A stretch of 64,000 nucleotides of DNA, taken from an uncultured Actinomycetes bacterium. Lineage in GTDB: Bacteria; Actinomycetota; Thermoleophilia; Solirubrobacterales; 70-9. The stretch covers positions 113,188 through 177,187 of the forward strand of contig CAWGQQ010000002.1 of NCBI GenBank assembly GCA_963824865.1. Reading direction: 5' to 3'. Made by a program: the position numbers and the translations under genes. Positions 1 through 10,400 of the stretch are shown here, piece by piece; the first letter of the stretch is position 1; the number at the start of each line of letters is the position of its first letter. Under the pieces are notes generated by a model that was not told where the DNA came from, did not search any database, and worked only from the letters and a program-made list of their open reading frames with translations.

Positions 1-1718
1 CGGGGGCCCTCGAGGTCCTTCGCCACGATTGCGCCCACGTGCTGGCAACCGCGGTGCTCGACCTGTGGCCGGGCACCAAGGTGTCGATCGGCCCCCCGAT
101 CGAGGACGGCTTCTATTACGACTTCGAGTTCCCGGACGGATTCCGGCCCTCCGAGGCGGACCTGGAGCGAATCGAGGAGCGGATGGTGGCTCACATCGAA
201 GCCGATGAAGCCTTCGAACGCACCGAGAGCGCCGCTCGCGAGGCAATCGAGCGCTTCCGCGCCGAGGAGCAGCCGTACAAGGTCGAGCTGATCGAGGACC
301 TGGTGCGCGACGAGGGGGTGGAGCGGGTCTCGCTGTATCGAAACGGGCCCTTCGTGGACCTTTGTCGTGGCCCGCACGGCCCCTCCACGGGCCGGATCGA
401 GGCCTTCAAGCTGAGCTCGGTCGCGGGCGCCTACTGGCGCGGCGACGAGAGCCGCCAGATGCTCACCCGCATCTACGGCACCGCCTTCTTCTCCAAGCGG
501 GAGCTCGCCGAGCACCTGGAGCGGCTCGAGCAGGCGCGGGCGCGCGACCATCGCCGGCTGGGCCCCCAGCTGGGCCTGTTCATGCTCTCGGGCGAGGCCC
601 CGGGGATGCCGTTCTGGCTGCCGCGCGGGACGGTGCTGCTGCGGCTGATCCAGGGGGAGGTTCGCGCCCAGCTGGAGCGGCGCGGCTACCTCGAGATCAA
701 GACGCCACAGCTCCTCGACGAAGAGCTTTGGCACCGCTCGGGCCACTGGGACAACTACCGCGAGAACATGTTCCTCACCTCGGTGGAGGATCGCCGGTTC
801 GCGCTACGTCCGATGAACTGTCCCGGCGCCTGCCTGGTGTACGCCTCGGAACGGCGCTCCTACCGCGACCTGCCGCTTCGCCTGGCCGAGTTCGGCCTGG
901 TCTCGCGCAACGAGCGCGAGGGGGTGCTGCACGGCCTCCTGCGCGTGCGGGCGTTCACCCAGGACGACGCGCACGTCTACTGCACCCCTGAGCAGATCAC
1001 CGACGAAGTGGACTCGATCTGCCAGGCGATCGACGAGCTCTATGCGCGCTTTGGCTTCGACCAAGTGCGGGTTGAGCTCTCCACCCGGCCCGAGAAGCAC
1101 ATCGGCAGCGACGAGCAGTGGGAGCGGGCCGAGGGTGCCCTGCGCGAGGCGCTTGAGCGCCAGGGCCGGGACTACGAGGTGAGCCCGGGTGAGGGGACTT
1201 TCTATGGCCCCAAGATCGATTTCCACATCACCGACGCCCTGGGCCGCTCGTGGCAGTGCGGCACCTGCCAGCTCGACTTCCAGATGCCCGAACGCTTCGA
1301 TCTCAGCTACCAGGGGGCCGACAATGCGGAGCATCGGCCCGCGATGATCCACCGAGCGCTGCTGGGCTCGATGGAGCGGTTCGCCGGCATCCTGATCGAG
1401 CATCACGCGGGCCGGTTCCCCGTCTGGCTGGCCCCTGTTCAGGCGGCGATCCTTCCGGTCGCGGACCGCCACCTGTCCTACGCCCTCCAAGTCGCGGCGA
1501 AGCTGACCGAGGCGGGCGTGCGCGCCCGGGTGGACGAGCGCTCAGAGTCGGTGGGCAAGAAGGTTCACGACGCCGAGACGGCCAAGCTCCCTTACATGCT
1601 GGTGGTCGGCGACCAGGAGCAGGAGGCGGGTGCGGTCTCCGTTCGCTCGCACGATGAGGGCGACCTTGGCCAGATGTCCGTCGAGGAGCTTGCCGGTCGG
1701 ATGGCTTCCGAGACCTAG
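1..1718 (+). CDS. thrS: threonyl-tRNA synthetase, 5' end cut by window edge
   Basis: Reading frame is open from the window edge (..RHDCAHVLATAVLDLWP..). Full class II ThrRS catalytic core and anticodon-binding region (ORF track 39..1718). Confidence 0.95.
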   Translation, partial: GALEVLRHDCAHVLATAVLDLWPGTKVSIGPPIEDGFYYDFEFPDGFRPSEADLERIEERMVAHIEADEAFERTESAAREAIERFRAEEQPYKVELIEDLVRDEGVERVSLYRNGPFVDLCRGPHGPSTGRIEAFKLSSVAGAYWRGDESRQMLTRIYGTAFFSKRELAEHLERLEQARARDHRRLGPQLGLFMLSGEAPGMPFWLPRGTVLLRLIQGEVRAQLERRGYLEIKTPQLLDEELWHRSGHWDNYRENMFLTSVEDRRFALRPMNCPGACLVYASERRSYRDLPLRLAEFGLVSRNEREGVLHGLLRVRAFTQDDAHVYCTPEQITDEVDSICQAIDELYARFGFDQVRVELSTRPEKHIGSDEQWERAEGALREALERQGRDYEVSPGEGTFYGPKIDFHITDALGRSWQCGTCQLDFQMPERFDLSYQGADNAEHRPAMIHRALLGSMERFAGILIEHHAGRFPVWLAPVQAAILPVADRHLSYALQVAAKLTEAGVRARVDERSESVGKKVHDAETAKLPYMLVVGDQEQEAGAVSVRSHDEGDLGQMSVEELAGRMASET

Positions 1719-1735
1719 CTCGGGGCCGGCGGACT

Positions 1736-2509
1736 CTAAGAACCCACTGCCATGCGCGGTATATCGATGCGCACGATGCGCTGCAACTCGGCGACCTCAG
1801 CGAGTTCGGGGAGGTTCGGGCGCGCCACACCAGCGGCACGCTCCGCCCGGATCACATCTCGCACGAGATCATCGTCATATGACAACGAGAGGAAATGGCA
1901 ATACTCGGCATGTTGAATAGGTATCGCACCCAGGAGGCGGGCAGTATGATCTCTCGGCCTGAAGATCCGCCGGGTTTGGAGCTCATAGGTGCCAGCGGTC
2001 AACAGCTTTGCACCGGTTAACCGGAGCAGCGCGAGCCGGTGACATCCATCTCCAGGATAAATCCGGCGGCGGAGTCGCTTGCCTGTCGCCGTGGCGGTGA
2101 TCACGCGGGCAGTCCTAAGACTGATGGGTTGCGTCGAGTCATAGCCGTTGGCCAGAAAGCTTCGGTACAGATCGACCACGGACGCAATCTTGTCGGCGAA
2201 CGCGGTTCGAATGGCTCCATCATGGCCGGCGAGTAAGTCGGGCATGTACTGTGGCGCCAGGACACTTGTGAACCACGCAAAGTAAGGATGCTGTCGCGAT
2301 AGTTCCACCAACTCCGGGAAGTCTCGGTCATACAGAGTGTGGTGCTGCGCAAGGAATTCAAAGTATTGCTGGCGGACAAGGATGTCGTACCGCAGCGGAC
2401 TGACAAGATCATCAATGACTATTGGGTCAGTGCCGGTGACAGGGCTGTTGAGCTCGGAACCCTCGATCACGCGGCGCAGATAGTCGAGAGCTCGGTGGCC
2501 TGGTTTCAT
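1736..2509 (-). CDS. hypothetical protein with ParB/sulfiredoxin-like DGCHR motif
   Basis: 257 aa starting MKPGHRALDYL (ATG 2507-2509), the 3' part of ORF 1736..3601. Contains YPGDGCHRLALLRLTG, resembling the ParB/Srx-fold GCHR signature. ATGA overlap with the upstream gene; GC clearly lower than the flanks. Function not established. Confidence 0.5.
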   Translation of the reverse strand: MKPGHRALDYLRRVIEGSELNSPVTGTDPIVIDDLVSPLRYDILVRQQYFEFLAQHHTLYDRDFPELVELSRQHPYFAWFTSVLAPQYMPDLLAGHDGAIRTAFADKIASVVDLYRSFLANGYDSTQPISLRTARVITATATGKRLRRRIYPGDGCHRLALLRLTGAKLLTAGTYELQTRRIFRPRDHTARLLGAIPIQHAEYCHFLSLSYDDDLVRDVIRAERAAGVARPNLPELAEVAELQRIVRIDIPRMAVGS

Positions 2510-3601
2510 CGAGTGCGTCGGGCCGCCGGGCAGGGGCTGTCCGACGAGATCGCGTAGTCGTGGGCGTCGCGATCGGCGTACTGCGGGTCGACCACCGTGT
2601 TCGCCTTCGCGGTGAAGTTCCGCGACGGGGTTAGGATGCCGCCGTTGGATCTGTAGTGGGGCTTGCTGTCGCCCGCCCAGAGGCAGTTCTGTAGCACCAC
2701 GTTTCCCGTCGCTGTCGGACCGGTGGGGCCGGAGGAGACGTTCCAGCGCAGCTTCGAGTTGGTGATGACGTTGCCTTTCACGAGATTGTGGTTGGAGGTC
2801 ACGCCACCCGTGCCGCCGAAGATGATGCCTTCCCCGTTGCCGTCGATCACGTTGCCGACGATCCTGGTGCGCTGCGCGTCGGGGTAGAGCTGGATGCCGC
2901 GGTCGGCGTTGTCGTAGATCCAGTTGTCGCGGATCACGGTGTTCCTGGCATCCACGACGTAGATGCCGTGGTCCTTGTTGGTGGCCGGGAGGCGGCCACA
3001 GTCGTGGATACGGTTGCGCTCGATCACCACGCCCCGCGGCGGCGGCCGGGAGTAAAAGCTCGAGACCGAGACGCAGATCGACGTGTGGTCGTTGGTGATC
3101 TCGTTGCCGAGCAGCACCACGTTGTCGGCGTTGATCCTGGGCCCGGTGACGCTTTCGCCGCCGGCGCCGTCGAGCTTCATGCCCTGGATCGTCGAGCCCG
3201 CTCCGCCCGGCTTCACCTGGATCGTGCCTTTGAGCGTCACCGCCTCCTCCCGGTATGGAGCAAGGGTGACCGGCGGGCGTCGTGAGTTGCAGCAACGAGA
3301 AGGCGTAGGTGCCGCCACGAAAGCAACCCGTCTGACCCCGTTGGAGGTTGCCGACCAGCTTTTGCGCTGTCCGAAACGGCCTCGTGCGGCTGCCCGGGGC
3401 CGAGTCAGAGCCCCCTGTCGCGGCGTACAGGTCACAGGACGCGCGCGGCAGCGGACCGACTCCGCCCGGATGGGAGGAAGCTTGGTCTTCCGTCTGGCCG
3501 CAGCCCAGCGCCAGCGCCGCGACCAGCAGCGCTGGCCCGGCGAGCCTCCGGGTGCACGTCAGGCCCAATCTGGTGCATGGCAAGCCAGCCCGCCAACGCA
3601 T
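2506..3601 (-). pseudogene. lipoprotein with right-handed parallel beta-helix (NosD/pectate-lyase-like) repeats, apparent frameshift near 3268-3278
   Basis: The N-terminus (frame of ORF 1736..3601) has a lipobox signal, LLVAALALGCGQ, then ..GSDSAPGSRTRPFRTAQ..GGTYAF. The rest lies in the frame of ORF 2506..3435 (NRIHDCG.., IRDNWIYDNADRGIQLY.., GNVIDGNGEGIIFGG). The two frames join at ..LQLTTP/PVTLAPYREEAVTLKG. Confidence 0.6.
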
Positions 3602-3833
3602 CGTCCTATTCTGGCTGATGGTCGCCCTTGGTCCCGAAACCCTCGGGCTGCCCGGCTATACTGGCCGCCGATGAAGGGGACGACATAACCGCACCAGCCT
3701 TTCGCCTCGCCGTGCGGCTCGGCGCCAATACCACTGTGCGTCGCTGACCGCGCGTGCCCTTGCTCGCTTGCCGTCTCGTCTCCCCAACCCGCCAGAGTGT
3801 CGCTAGCTTGACGAGCCCCGTTAACTCGATCTA

Positions 3834-4409
3834 GTGGCGAACCCGCGCTTCGACCGTTCGCCTCCCGCGCGTGACCCGACGCGGATCAACGAGCGGATCC
3901 GCGTCTCCGAGGTCCGCCTTGTCGACGAGGACGGAAGCCAGGTGGGGATCGTTCCCACCGAGCAGGCCCTGGCGCTCGCTTCCGAGCGCGACCTGGACCT
4001 GGTGGAGGTCGCGCCCGAGGCGAAGCCCCCGGTCGCCCGCCTGCTCGACTACTCGAAGTACAAGTACGAGCAGGAGCAGAAGGCGAAGGCGGCCCGCAAG
4101 CACCAGCAGCAGGTCAACGTGCGGGAGATCAAGCTGCGGCCCAAGATTGCCACTCACGACTACGAGACCAAGAAGGGCCACGTCGAGCGCTTCCTGCGCC
4201 AGCAGGACAAGGTCAAGGTGACGATCATGTTTCGCGGCCGCGAGCAGGCGCATCCCGAGCGCGGCCGAGCCCTGTTGCAGCGCCTCTACGACGACATCGA
4301 GGACCTGGCGACGATTGAGCAGGAGCCCGAGCAGGAGGGGCGCAACATGAGCATGCTGCTGGCACCGGTCAGGGCACGGGGCGGAGACGCCGAGCGTCCC
4401 GCCGCTTGA
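3834..4409 (+). CDS. infC: translation initiation factor IF-3
   Basis: [24 protein letters not shown]..., KYEQEQKAK..., [15 protein letters not shown]... are typical IF-3 N and C domains. GTG start directly after a TAG; exact start uncertain because infC often uses unusual starts. Confidence 0.93.
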   Translation: MANPRFDRSPPARDPTRINERIRVSEVRLVDEDGSQVGIVPTEQALALASERDLDLVEVAPEAKPPVARLLDYSKYKYEQEQKAKAARKHQQQVNVREIKLRPKIATHDYETKKGHVERFLRQQDKVKVTIMFRGREQAHPERGRALLQRLYDDIEDLATIEQEPEQEGRNMSMLLAPVRARGGDAERPAA

Positions 4410-4443
4410 GGCTCACGAGTCCGTCTGCTTCAATAGCCGCTCG

Positions 4444-4644
4444 ATGCCGAAGTCGAAGACGCATTCCGGCACCAAGAAGCGGTTTCGCAAGACCGCCACG
4501 GGCAAGCTGCGCGGACGGCGGGCCAACTCGAGCCACATGCTCGAGAAGAAGTCGCCAAAGCGCAAGCGGCGCATGGCCCAGCCGACCGAGGTGGCGCGCC
4601 CCGACCGCAAGCGGGTGCGCACATTGCTGGCCGGAAGGCGCTGA
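4444..4644 (+). CDS. rpmI: 50S ribosomal protein L35
   Basis: [22 protein letters not shown]..., 66 aa, canonical L35. Confidence 0.95.
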   Translation: MPKSKTHSGTKKRFRKTATGKLRGRRANSSHMLEKKSPKRKRRMAQPTEVARPDRKRVRTLLAGRR

Positions 4645-5003
4645 TGAGCCGAACGACGAACGCGGTCGCCAGGCGCAGGCGACGCAAGAAGGTGCTCGCC
4701 GAGGCGAAGGGCTACTGGGGACGCAAGCACTCCAGCTACCGGTTGGCCAACGAGCAGGTGATGCGGTCGGGCCACTACGCCTACCGCGATCGGCGCGCCC
4801 GCAAGCGCGAGTTCCGCCGCCTCTGGATCGTGCGGATCAACGCCGCCGCGCGGCGTGAGGGCATGAGCTACTCGGAGCTGATCCACGGCCTGGGCAAGGC
4901 CGGGGTCGAGGTCAACCGCAAGATGCTGGCCGAGATCGCCGTTCACGACCCCGAGGCGTTTCGCCGATTTGCCGAGCTATCCCGGGAGGCCACCGCGGCC
5001 TAG
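4644..5003 (+). CDS. rplT: 50S ribosomal protein L20
   Basis: ..KKVLAEAKGYWGRK..YRDRRARKREFRRLWIVRINAAAR.. is canonical L20. TGATG 1-nt overlap with rpmI. Confidence 0.97.
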   Translation: MSRTTNAVARRRRRKKVLAEAKGYWGRKHSSYRLANEQVMRSGHYAYRDRRARKREFRRLWIVRINAAARREGMSYSELIHGLGKAGVEVNRKMLAEIAVHDPEAFRRFAELSREATAA

Positions 5004-5032
5004 AGGCGCGACGGCTCATACCACTGGCTCCC

Positions 5033-5065
5033 GGGCGGCTCACGATGTGGACCGCCTTTTCTTTT
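5033..5065 (+). terminator. putative intrinsic terminator after rplT
   Basis: GGCGG..(loop)..CCGCC stem followed by TTTTCTTTT, one of very few T-tracts in this GC-rich window, 30 nt after the rplT stop. Confidence 0.5.
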
Positions 5066-5085
5066 ATGAGTGACGAAGGACGAAT

Positions 5086-5856
5086 GTGATCACCAGCCCC
5101 GACAACGAGAAGTTGAAACGGATCCGGAAGCTCCGCTCCCACCGCGAGCGCGAGCGCACCGGCCTGTTCGTGGTGGAGGGTGAGGACCTGGTGACGGCGG
5201 CCGAGGCCGCCGGCGCGGAGGCCGAGCTGCTCCTGGTCGCCGGAGAGGACGTTGAGCCCGGGTTGCTGGGCGCGGTGAGCACGCTGGGTTCCGGGACCCG
5301 GGTGATCGGCGTCTATCGCCAGCGCTGGTCGCAAATCCCTAGCCAAGGAGCCGCCCCCGGAGTAATCCGAGCAAGCTCGGATCATCGGTCGCCTTCGGCT
5401 CCCTGCGAGGAGGCGGCGCAATTATCCGTCTACCTCCACGGGGTCGCCGACCCGGGCAACGTCGGCACCATCGTCCGGGCCGCCCACGCGCTGTGCGACG
5501 GTCCGGTCGTGCTCGGGCCGGGTTGCGCCGACCCCTATTCGCCGAAGGCGGTGAGAGCCAGCATGGGATCCGTGTTCGCCCGCCCGCCCGCCCGGGAGGA
5601 GCTCGCCGGGTTGCACGCAACGAAGCTGGCGCTGGATGGCGGGGCGGAGACCCCGCTGGGCGAGCTGGAGGTACAGCCACCGGTCGTGATCTGCCTTGGA
5701 GCCGAGCGCCATGGCCTGCCCAGCGAGCTGTCGGCGGAGGTTGACGCCCGAGTCCGGATCCCGATGCGGCCCGACGGCCCTGACTCGCTCAATGTGGCGA
5801 TGGCCGCCACCGTGGCGCTGTATGAGCTGGGTCATAGGATGGCCGCTCATGCCTGA
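5086..5856 (+). CDS. TrmH/SpoU-family RNA 2'-O-methyltransferase (TsnR/RlmB-like)
   Basis: LHGVADPGNVGTIVRAAHAL.., VICLGAERHGLP.., IPM..DSLNVAMAATVALYE are SpoU methylase motifs. GAAGGA RBS lies 5 nt upstream of the GTG start. Same position as tsnR in the mycobacterial infC-rplT-pheST region. Confidence 0.85.
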   Translation: MITSPDNEKLKRIRKLRSHRERERTGLFVVEGEDLVTAAEAAGAEAELLLVAGEDVEPGLLGAVSTLGSGTRVIGVYRQRWSQIPSQGAAPGVIRASSDHRSPSAPCEEAAQLSVYLHGVADPGNVGTIVRAAHALCDGPVVLGPGCADPYSPKAVRASMGSVFARPPAREELAGLHATKLALDGGAETPLGELEVQPPVVICLGAERHGLPSELSAEVDARVRIPMRPDGPDSLNVAMAATVALYELGHRMAAHA

Positions 5857-6949
5857 CGTCCAGGGAAGAATCGCGGAGCTTCGCCGCGATGCCGAGGCGG
5901 CGATCGGCGCCGCCTCGGCCGCGGCCGAGCTGGAGGAGTTGCGGGTTCGCCACCTGGGCCGCAAGGCCGAGTTGACGCGGATCCTTCGCGGGATCGTCCA
6001 GCTCCCGGCAGAGGAGCGGGGCCCCGTGGGCACCGCGGGAAACGAGACCAGGCATGCCCTTGAGGAGTTGCTCGCAAGCCGGCGGGCGGAGCTCGAGGCC
6101 GCAGAGCTCGCAGAGGGGCTGGCCGCCGACGCGGTCGACGTGACCCTGCCGGGCACCCCGGCGGTGCCGGTCGGCTCACGCAGCCTGTTGATTCGCACCA
6201 TTCGCGAGATCGAGGACGTCTTCGTCGGGCTTGGCTACCGGGTCATGGAGGGCCCCGAGGTCGAGCTCGACTACTACAACTTCACCGCCCTGAACCACCC
6301 TCCGGGGCACCCGGCCCGACTGGCCCAGGACACCTTCTACGTCGACCCGGACAGCCTGGAGGGTGACCTTGCGCCCGGGCCCGAGGACGTGGTGCTGCGC
6401 ACCCATACCTCGCCCATGCAGGTGCGGGCGATGGAGGAGCAGGGGCCGCCGATCTTCATCGTCGTCCCCGGTCGCTGCTACCGCAGTGACCCGTTCGACG
6501 CCACGCACAGCCCCGTCTTCCACCAGGTCGAGGGCCTCGCGGTGGCGGAGGGCATCACACTCGCCGACCTCAAGGGGACCCTCGACGAGCTCGCGAGGGC
6601 GCTGTTCGGCCCCGAGCGCTCCACCCGCTTCCGTCCCGGGTTCTTCCCGTTCACGGAGCCAAGTGTGGAAGTGGACGTCTCCTGCTTTCGCTGCGGCGGC
6701 TCCGGGCAGCTGTCGGACGGCGCGCGGGACTCCGTCTGCAAGGGCACCGGCTGGATCGAGATCCTCGGCTCGGGGATGGTGGATCCGAACGTGTTCGGCT
6801 TCGTGGAGGCCAACGGCTACGACCCCGAGCGGATCCAGGGCTTCGCCTTCGGAATGGGAATCGAGCGGATCGCGATGCTCAAGCACGGCGTCCCCGACCT
6901 GCGCAAGTTCTTCGAGAATGACGTCCGAGTGCTGGAGCAGTTCCATTGA
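5849..6949 (+). CDS. pheS: phenylalanyl-tRNA synthetase alpha subunit
   Basis: Start MPDVQGRIAELRRDAE.. (ATG 5849, 8-nt overlap with the upstream gene). HPARLAQDTFY, RTHTSPMQVR and FRPGFFPFTEPS are class II motifs. Confidence 0.95.
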   Translation: MPDVQGRIAELRRDAEAAIGAASAAAELEELRVRHLGRKAELTRILRGIVQLPAEERGPVGTAGNETRHALEELLASRRAELEAAELAEGLAADAVDVTLPGTPAVPVGSRSLLIRTIREIEDVFVGLGYRVMEGPEVELDYYNFTALNHPPGHPARLAQDTFYVDPDSLEGDLAPGPEDVVLRTHTSPMQVRAMEEQGPPIFIVVPGRCYRSDPFDATHSPVFHQVEGLAVAEGITLADLKGTLDELARALFGPERSTRFRPGFFPFTEPSVEVDVSCFRCGGSGQLSDGARDSVCKGTGWIEILGSGMVDPNVFGFVEANGYDPERIQGFAFGMGIERIAMLKHGVPDLRKFFENDVRVLEQFH

Positions 6950-9410
6950 GAATCCCGTACTCATGGCTCCGCGAGTGGTGCAATCCCGGGCTGAGCGCCG
7001 AGGAGCTGGGCGAGCTCCTGGCGTTGCGGACGACCGAGGTGGAACGGATCTCCCACCTGGGGCCTCCCTCGACCGACGGCTTCGTGGTCGGAAGGGTCGC
7101 AGGGGTGGAGAAACACCCCGACGCCGACCGTCTGACCGTCTGCCGGGTGGAGACGGGCGACGCCACGCGCACGATCGTCTGTGGCGCCCCCAACGTCGCC
7201 GCCGGGCAGACCGTGGCCGTGGCGCCTCCCGGGGGCCGTGATGCCCGGAGGCGAGGCGCTCGGACGCGCCGAGCTCCGCGGCGTCACCTCCGACGGCATG
7301 ATCCTCTCGGAGGCGGAGCTCGAGATCGGCGAGGACGCGGCTGGAATCATCGTTCTCTCCGGCGACGGGCTAGCGCCTGGAACCCCCCTGGCTGACGTCC
7401 TGCCGATTCCCGAGCCCGTTCTCGAGCTCGAGGTCAACTCGAACCGCGTCGACTGCCTCGGCCTCTACGGGGTGGCGCGCGAGGTGCATGCGATCACGCG
7501 GTGCGCCGCTGGTCGAGCCACCCTGGGAGGCCGACGCGGAGGCCGCCGGCGAGGGCGATGCGGCGGACTACGCGTCGGTTACCGTCGAGGTCCCGGACCT
7601 CTGTCCCCGCTTCACCGCCCGCGTCTTCACCGATGTGACGATCGGCCCCTCACCGCTGTGGCTGAGGGCGCGGCTGGTCGCGGCCGGCCAGCGGCCGATC
7701 AACAACGTCGTGGACATCACCAACTACGTGATGCTGCTGACCGCCCAGCCGCTGCACGCGTTCGACCTCGACCGGGTCCCGGACGGCGGGTTGATCATTC
7801 GCACCGCGGCCGACGGTGAGCGCATGACCACGCTCGACGGGGTCGAGCGCGCCTTCGACGATCAGGCCGTCCTGGTCTGCGATCGCGACGGGCCCTCCGG
7901 CATCGCCGGGATCATGGGCGGCCAGGCATCCGAGGTGTCCGAGTCGACCACCCGCGTCCTGCTCGAGGCGGCGACCTGGAACGGGGTCAACATCCTGCGC
8001 ACCTCACGCAAGCTCGGCCTGCGGTCGGAGGCGTCCAACCGGTTCGAGAAACAGCTTCACCCGGAGCTGGCGATGCGCGCCCAGCGCGTCGCCTCGATGC
8101 TGATCATGGAGCTGTGCGGGGCGAAGCTCGTGCCCGGGACGATCGACGCCGCCGCGGAGATCCCGCCGCCGCGCCGGCCCCGGCTCCACGCGCACCGCGC
8201 GGAATCGCTGCTCGGGATGCGAATCGAGCCGGAGCTCTGCGCCACCTACCTGGAGCGCCTCGGCTTCGGGGTCGAGCGCGAGGGCGACGACCTGGTCGCC
8301 GAGGTGCCCGTCCACCGCCACTACGACGTCACCCGGGAGGTCGACCTGGTGGAGGAGGTGGGCCGCATTCACGGCTATGACGAGCACCTCCCAGCCACCC
8401 TGCCGCAGGCGAGAGGCCAGGGGGGGCGGCTGACGCGGGAGCAGGCTCTGCGCCGCCGCGCCGAGGACGTGATGCGGGACCTGGGCTTCGACGCCGTGGT
8501 GAACCTGAGCCTCGCCGATCCGGGCATTCCGGGACGGCTTCTACTGGGGAAAGGCGATCCGCGAGGCACGCCGATCCGCGTCTCAAACCCCCTCTCGCTC
8601 GAGCAGTCGGAGCTGCGGACCACGCTGCTCTCCTCCCTGCTCGACACGGCGCGGTACAACGCGGCCCGCGGCGCTGAGCGCGTCGCCGTGTTCGAGTCGG
8701 GGCGCGCGTACCTGCCCACGGGGAGATCGGAGGCGGGGGGCGTCCTCGGTGGGGAGTTCGCGGGTGAGCGCAGGGCGCCCGCGTTCGAGCCACACTGCAT
8801 CGCGGCCCTCGCCCTGGGCCCCCTCGCAGGCCCGAGCTGGGGGACGGAGGACCGTTCGGCCGACTTCTTCGGGCTCAAGGGCGTCCTCGAGGCGCTGGCG
8901 GCTCAGCTCGGGGCGGAGCTCGCGGTCGAGCCCGGGGCGCAGCCCTTCCTGCATCCGGGCCGGGCGGCCAGCGTGCGGCTCGGCGGCCTGGAAGCGGGAT
9001 GGCTTGGCGAGGTCCACCCGGTCGTCTGCCGCCAGTGGGACCTCGATGCGGCTGTTGGGTTCCAAATCGCGCTCGCGGAGCTGGTGGCGACATCGTCCTT
9101 CGGCCTGGAGCGCTACCAGGACGTCACCGAGTACCCGGCCGTTCTTCAGGACTTGGCGGTCGCGGTCGAGGAGGGCGTGCCGGCCGCCAGGGTACGGGAG
9201 GCGGTGGTTCGGGGCGGGGGTGAGCTGCTGCGCGGCGCCACGGTCTTCGACCTCTATCACGGCGAGCAGGTGGGAGAGGGGCGCAAGAGCCTTGCGCTGC
9301 GGCTCGAGTTCCACGCTCTCGATCGCACGCTCACCGACGCGGAGGTGGCCGAGCGCCGCGAGGCGATCAACGCCGAGCTTGCCGAGATCGGCGGGTCGCT
9401 CCGTGAGTGA
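6946..9410 (+). CDS. pheT: phenylalanyl-tRNA synthetase beta subunit, needs two +1 frame corrections (near 7222-7236 and 7495-7503)
   Basis: MRIPYSWLREWCNPGLS.. (TTG start, TTGA overlap with pheS). The product continues through three frames: ..GQTVAVA|LPGAVMPGGEALGRAELRGVTSDGMILSEAELE.. then ..YGVAREVHAIT|GAPLVEPPWEAD.. (ORFs 6946..7395, 7181..7819, 7488..9410). Confidence 0.9.
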
Positions 9411-10400
9411 CGTGCGCGTGTTGGTCGCCGGCGCGTCGGGCTATGCCGGTGCGCTCGCCGCGGCGCTCGTGTGGAGGCACCCCCGCCTCGAGCTCGCGGC
9501 TGCCACCTCGCGGGGCGAGGCCGGCACGCGGCTGGATCGCCTCTACCCGCGCCACCGCGTCCCGGTTGAGTTGGTGCAGCTCGACCTCGACCAAGCCGCC
9601 ACATGCGACGCCGCTCTGGTCGCCTATCCACACGGCGCGGCCGCGGAGCTGGTCGGCGAGCTTCGGAGGGCGGACGTGCCGGTGGTGGACATCTCCGCGG
9701 ACTTCCGTCTGCACGACCTGGCGACCTACGAGCGCACCTACGGCGATCACGGCGCGCCGGGGTTGCTGGATGAGGCGGTCTACGGGCTCACGGAGCTTCA
9801 CCGCGAGTCGATCCGCGAGGCGAAGCTGGTCGCCAACCCCGGCTGCTACCCCAGCGCCGCCCTGCTGGCGCTCGCCCCGCTGGCGGAGGCCGGGCTGGCG
9901 GAGGACGTCGTGATCAGCGCGGCGTCGGGGGTCTCGGGCGCCGGGCGGGAGGAGGGGAGCGCCTGTCGTTCGTCGCCGTGGATGAGAACTTCAGCCCCTA
10001 CGGGGTCACCGGCCACCGTCACGCTCCGGAGATCGTTCAGGAGCTCGAGGGGCTCGGCAGCTCGGCGCCGGTGTCCTTCGTTCCCCATCTGTTGCCTCTC
10101 GACCAGGGCCTGCTGGCCAGTTGCTACGTCCGCCTGGCCCGGGACCTGGGGGAGGAGGAGCTCAGGTCGCTGTACGAGGAGCGCTATGCCGGCGAGCGGT
10201 TCGTGGAGCTGGTCGACGAGCCGCCCGGGGTTCGCGACGTGCGCGACACGAACCTCTGCCGAGTCCACGTCACGCTCGACGAGGCCGGCCGGGCCCTTGC
10301 CTTCGCCGCAATCGACAATCTCTGGAAGGGGGCGGCAGGGCAGGCGATCCAGAACCTGAACCTGATGCTCGGGTTGCCGGAGACGGAGGGCCTCGAGTGA
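9403..10400 (+). CDS. argC: N-acetyl-gamma-glutamyl-phosphate reductase, one apparent frameshift near 9950-9960
   Basis: VSDVRVLVAGASGYAG.., NPGCYPSAALLAL.. in frame 1, then ERLSFVAVDENFSPYGVTGHRHAPEI.. in ORF 9978..10400. The break lies in a G run. The GTG start overlaps the pheT stop. Confidence 0.9.

Noticed and set aside
3602-3833. The 230-nt infC upstream region, considered as an L20-leader or other ribosomal-protein autoregulatory RNA.
   Set aside because: The known L20 leader family is described for Firmicutes, and I could not find its conserved pseudoknot-mimic sequence here. Only a short CCCGA...TCGGG hairpin and a TATACT hexamer are visible, which is not enough for a call.
5290-5400. 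An odd Ser/Pro/Ala-rich segment in the SpoU methyltransferase (..SQIPSQGAAPGVIRASSDHRSPSAPCEEAAQ..), considered as a pair of compensating frameshifts.
   Set aside because: The reading frame is continuous and both flanking domains are in frame. This linker is variable in the family, so I cannot tell a real insertion from an error without an alignment.
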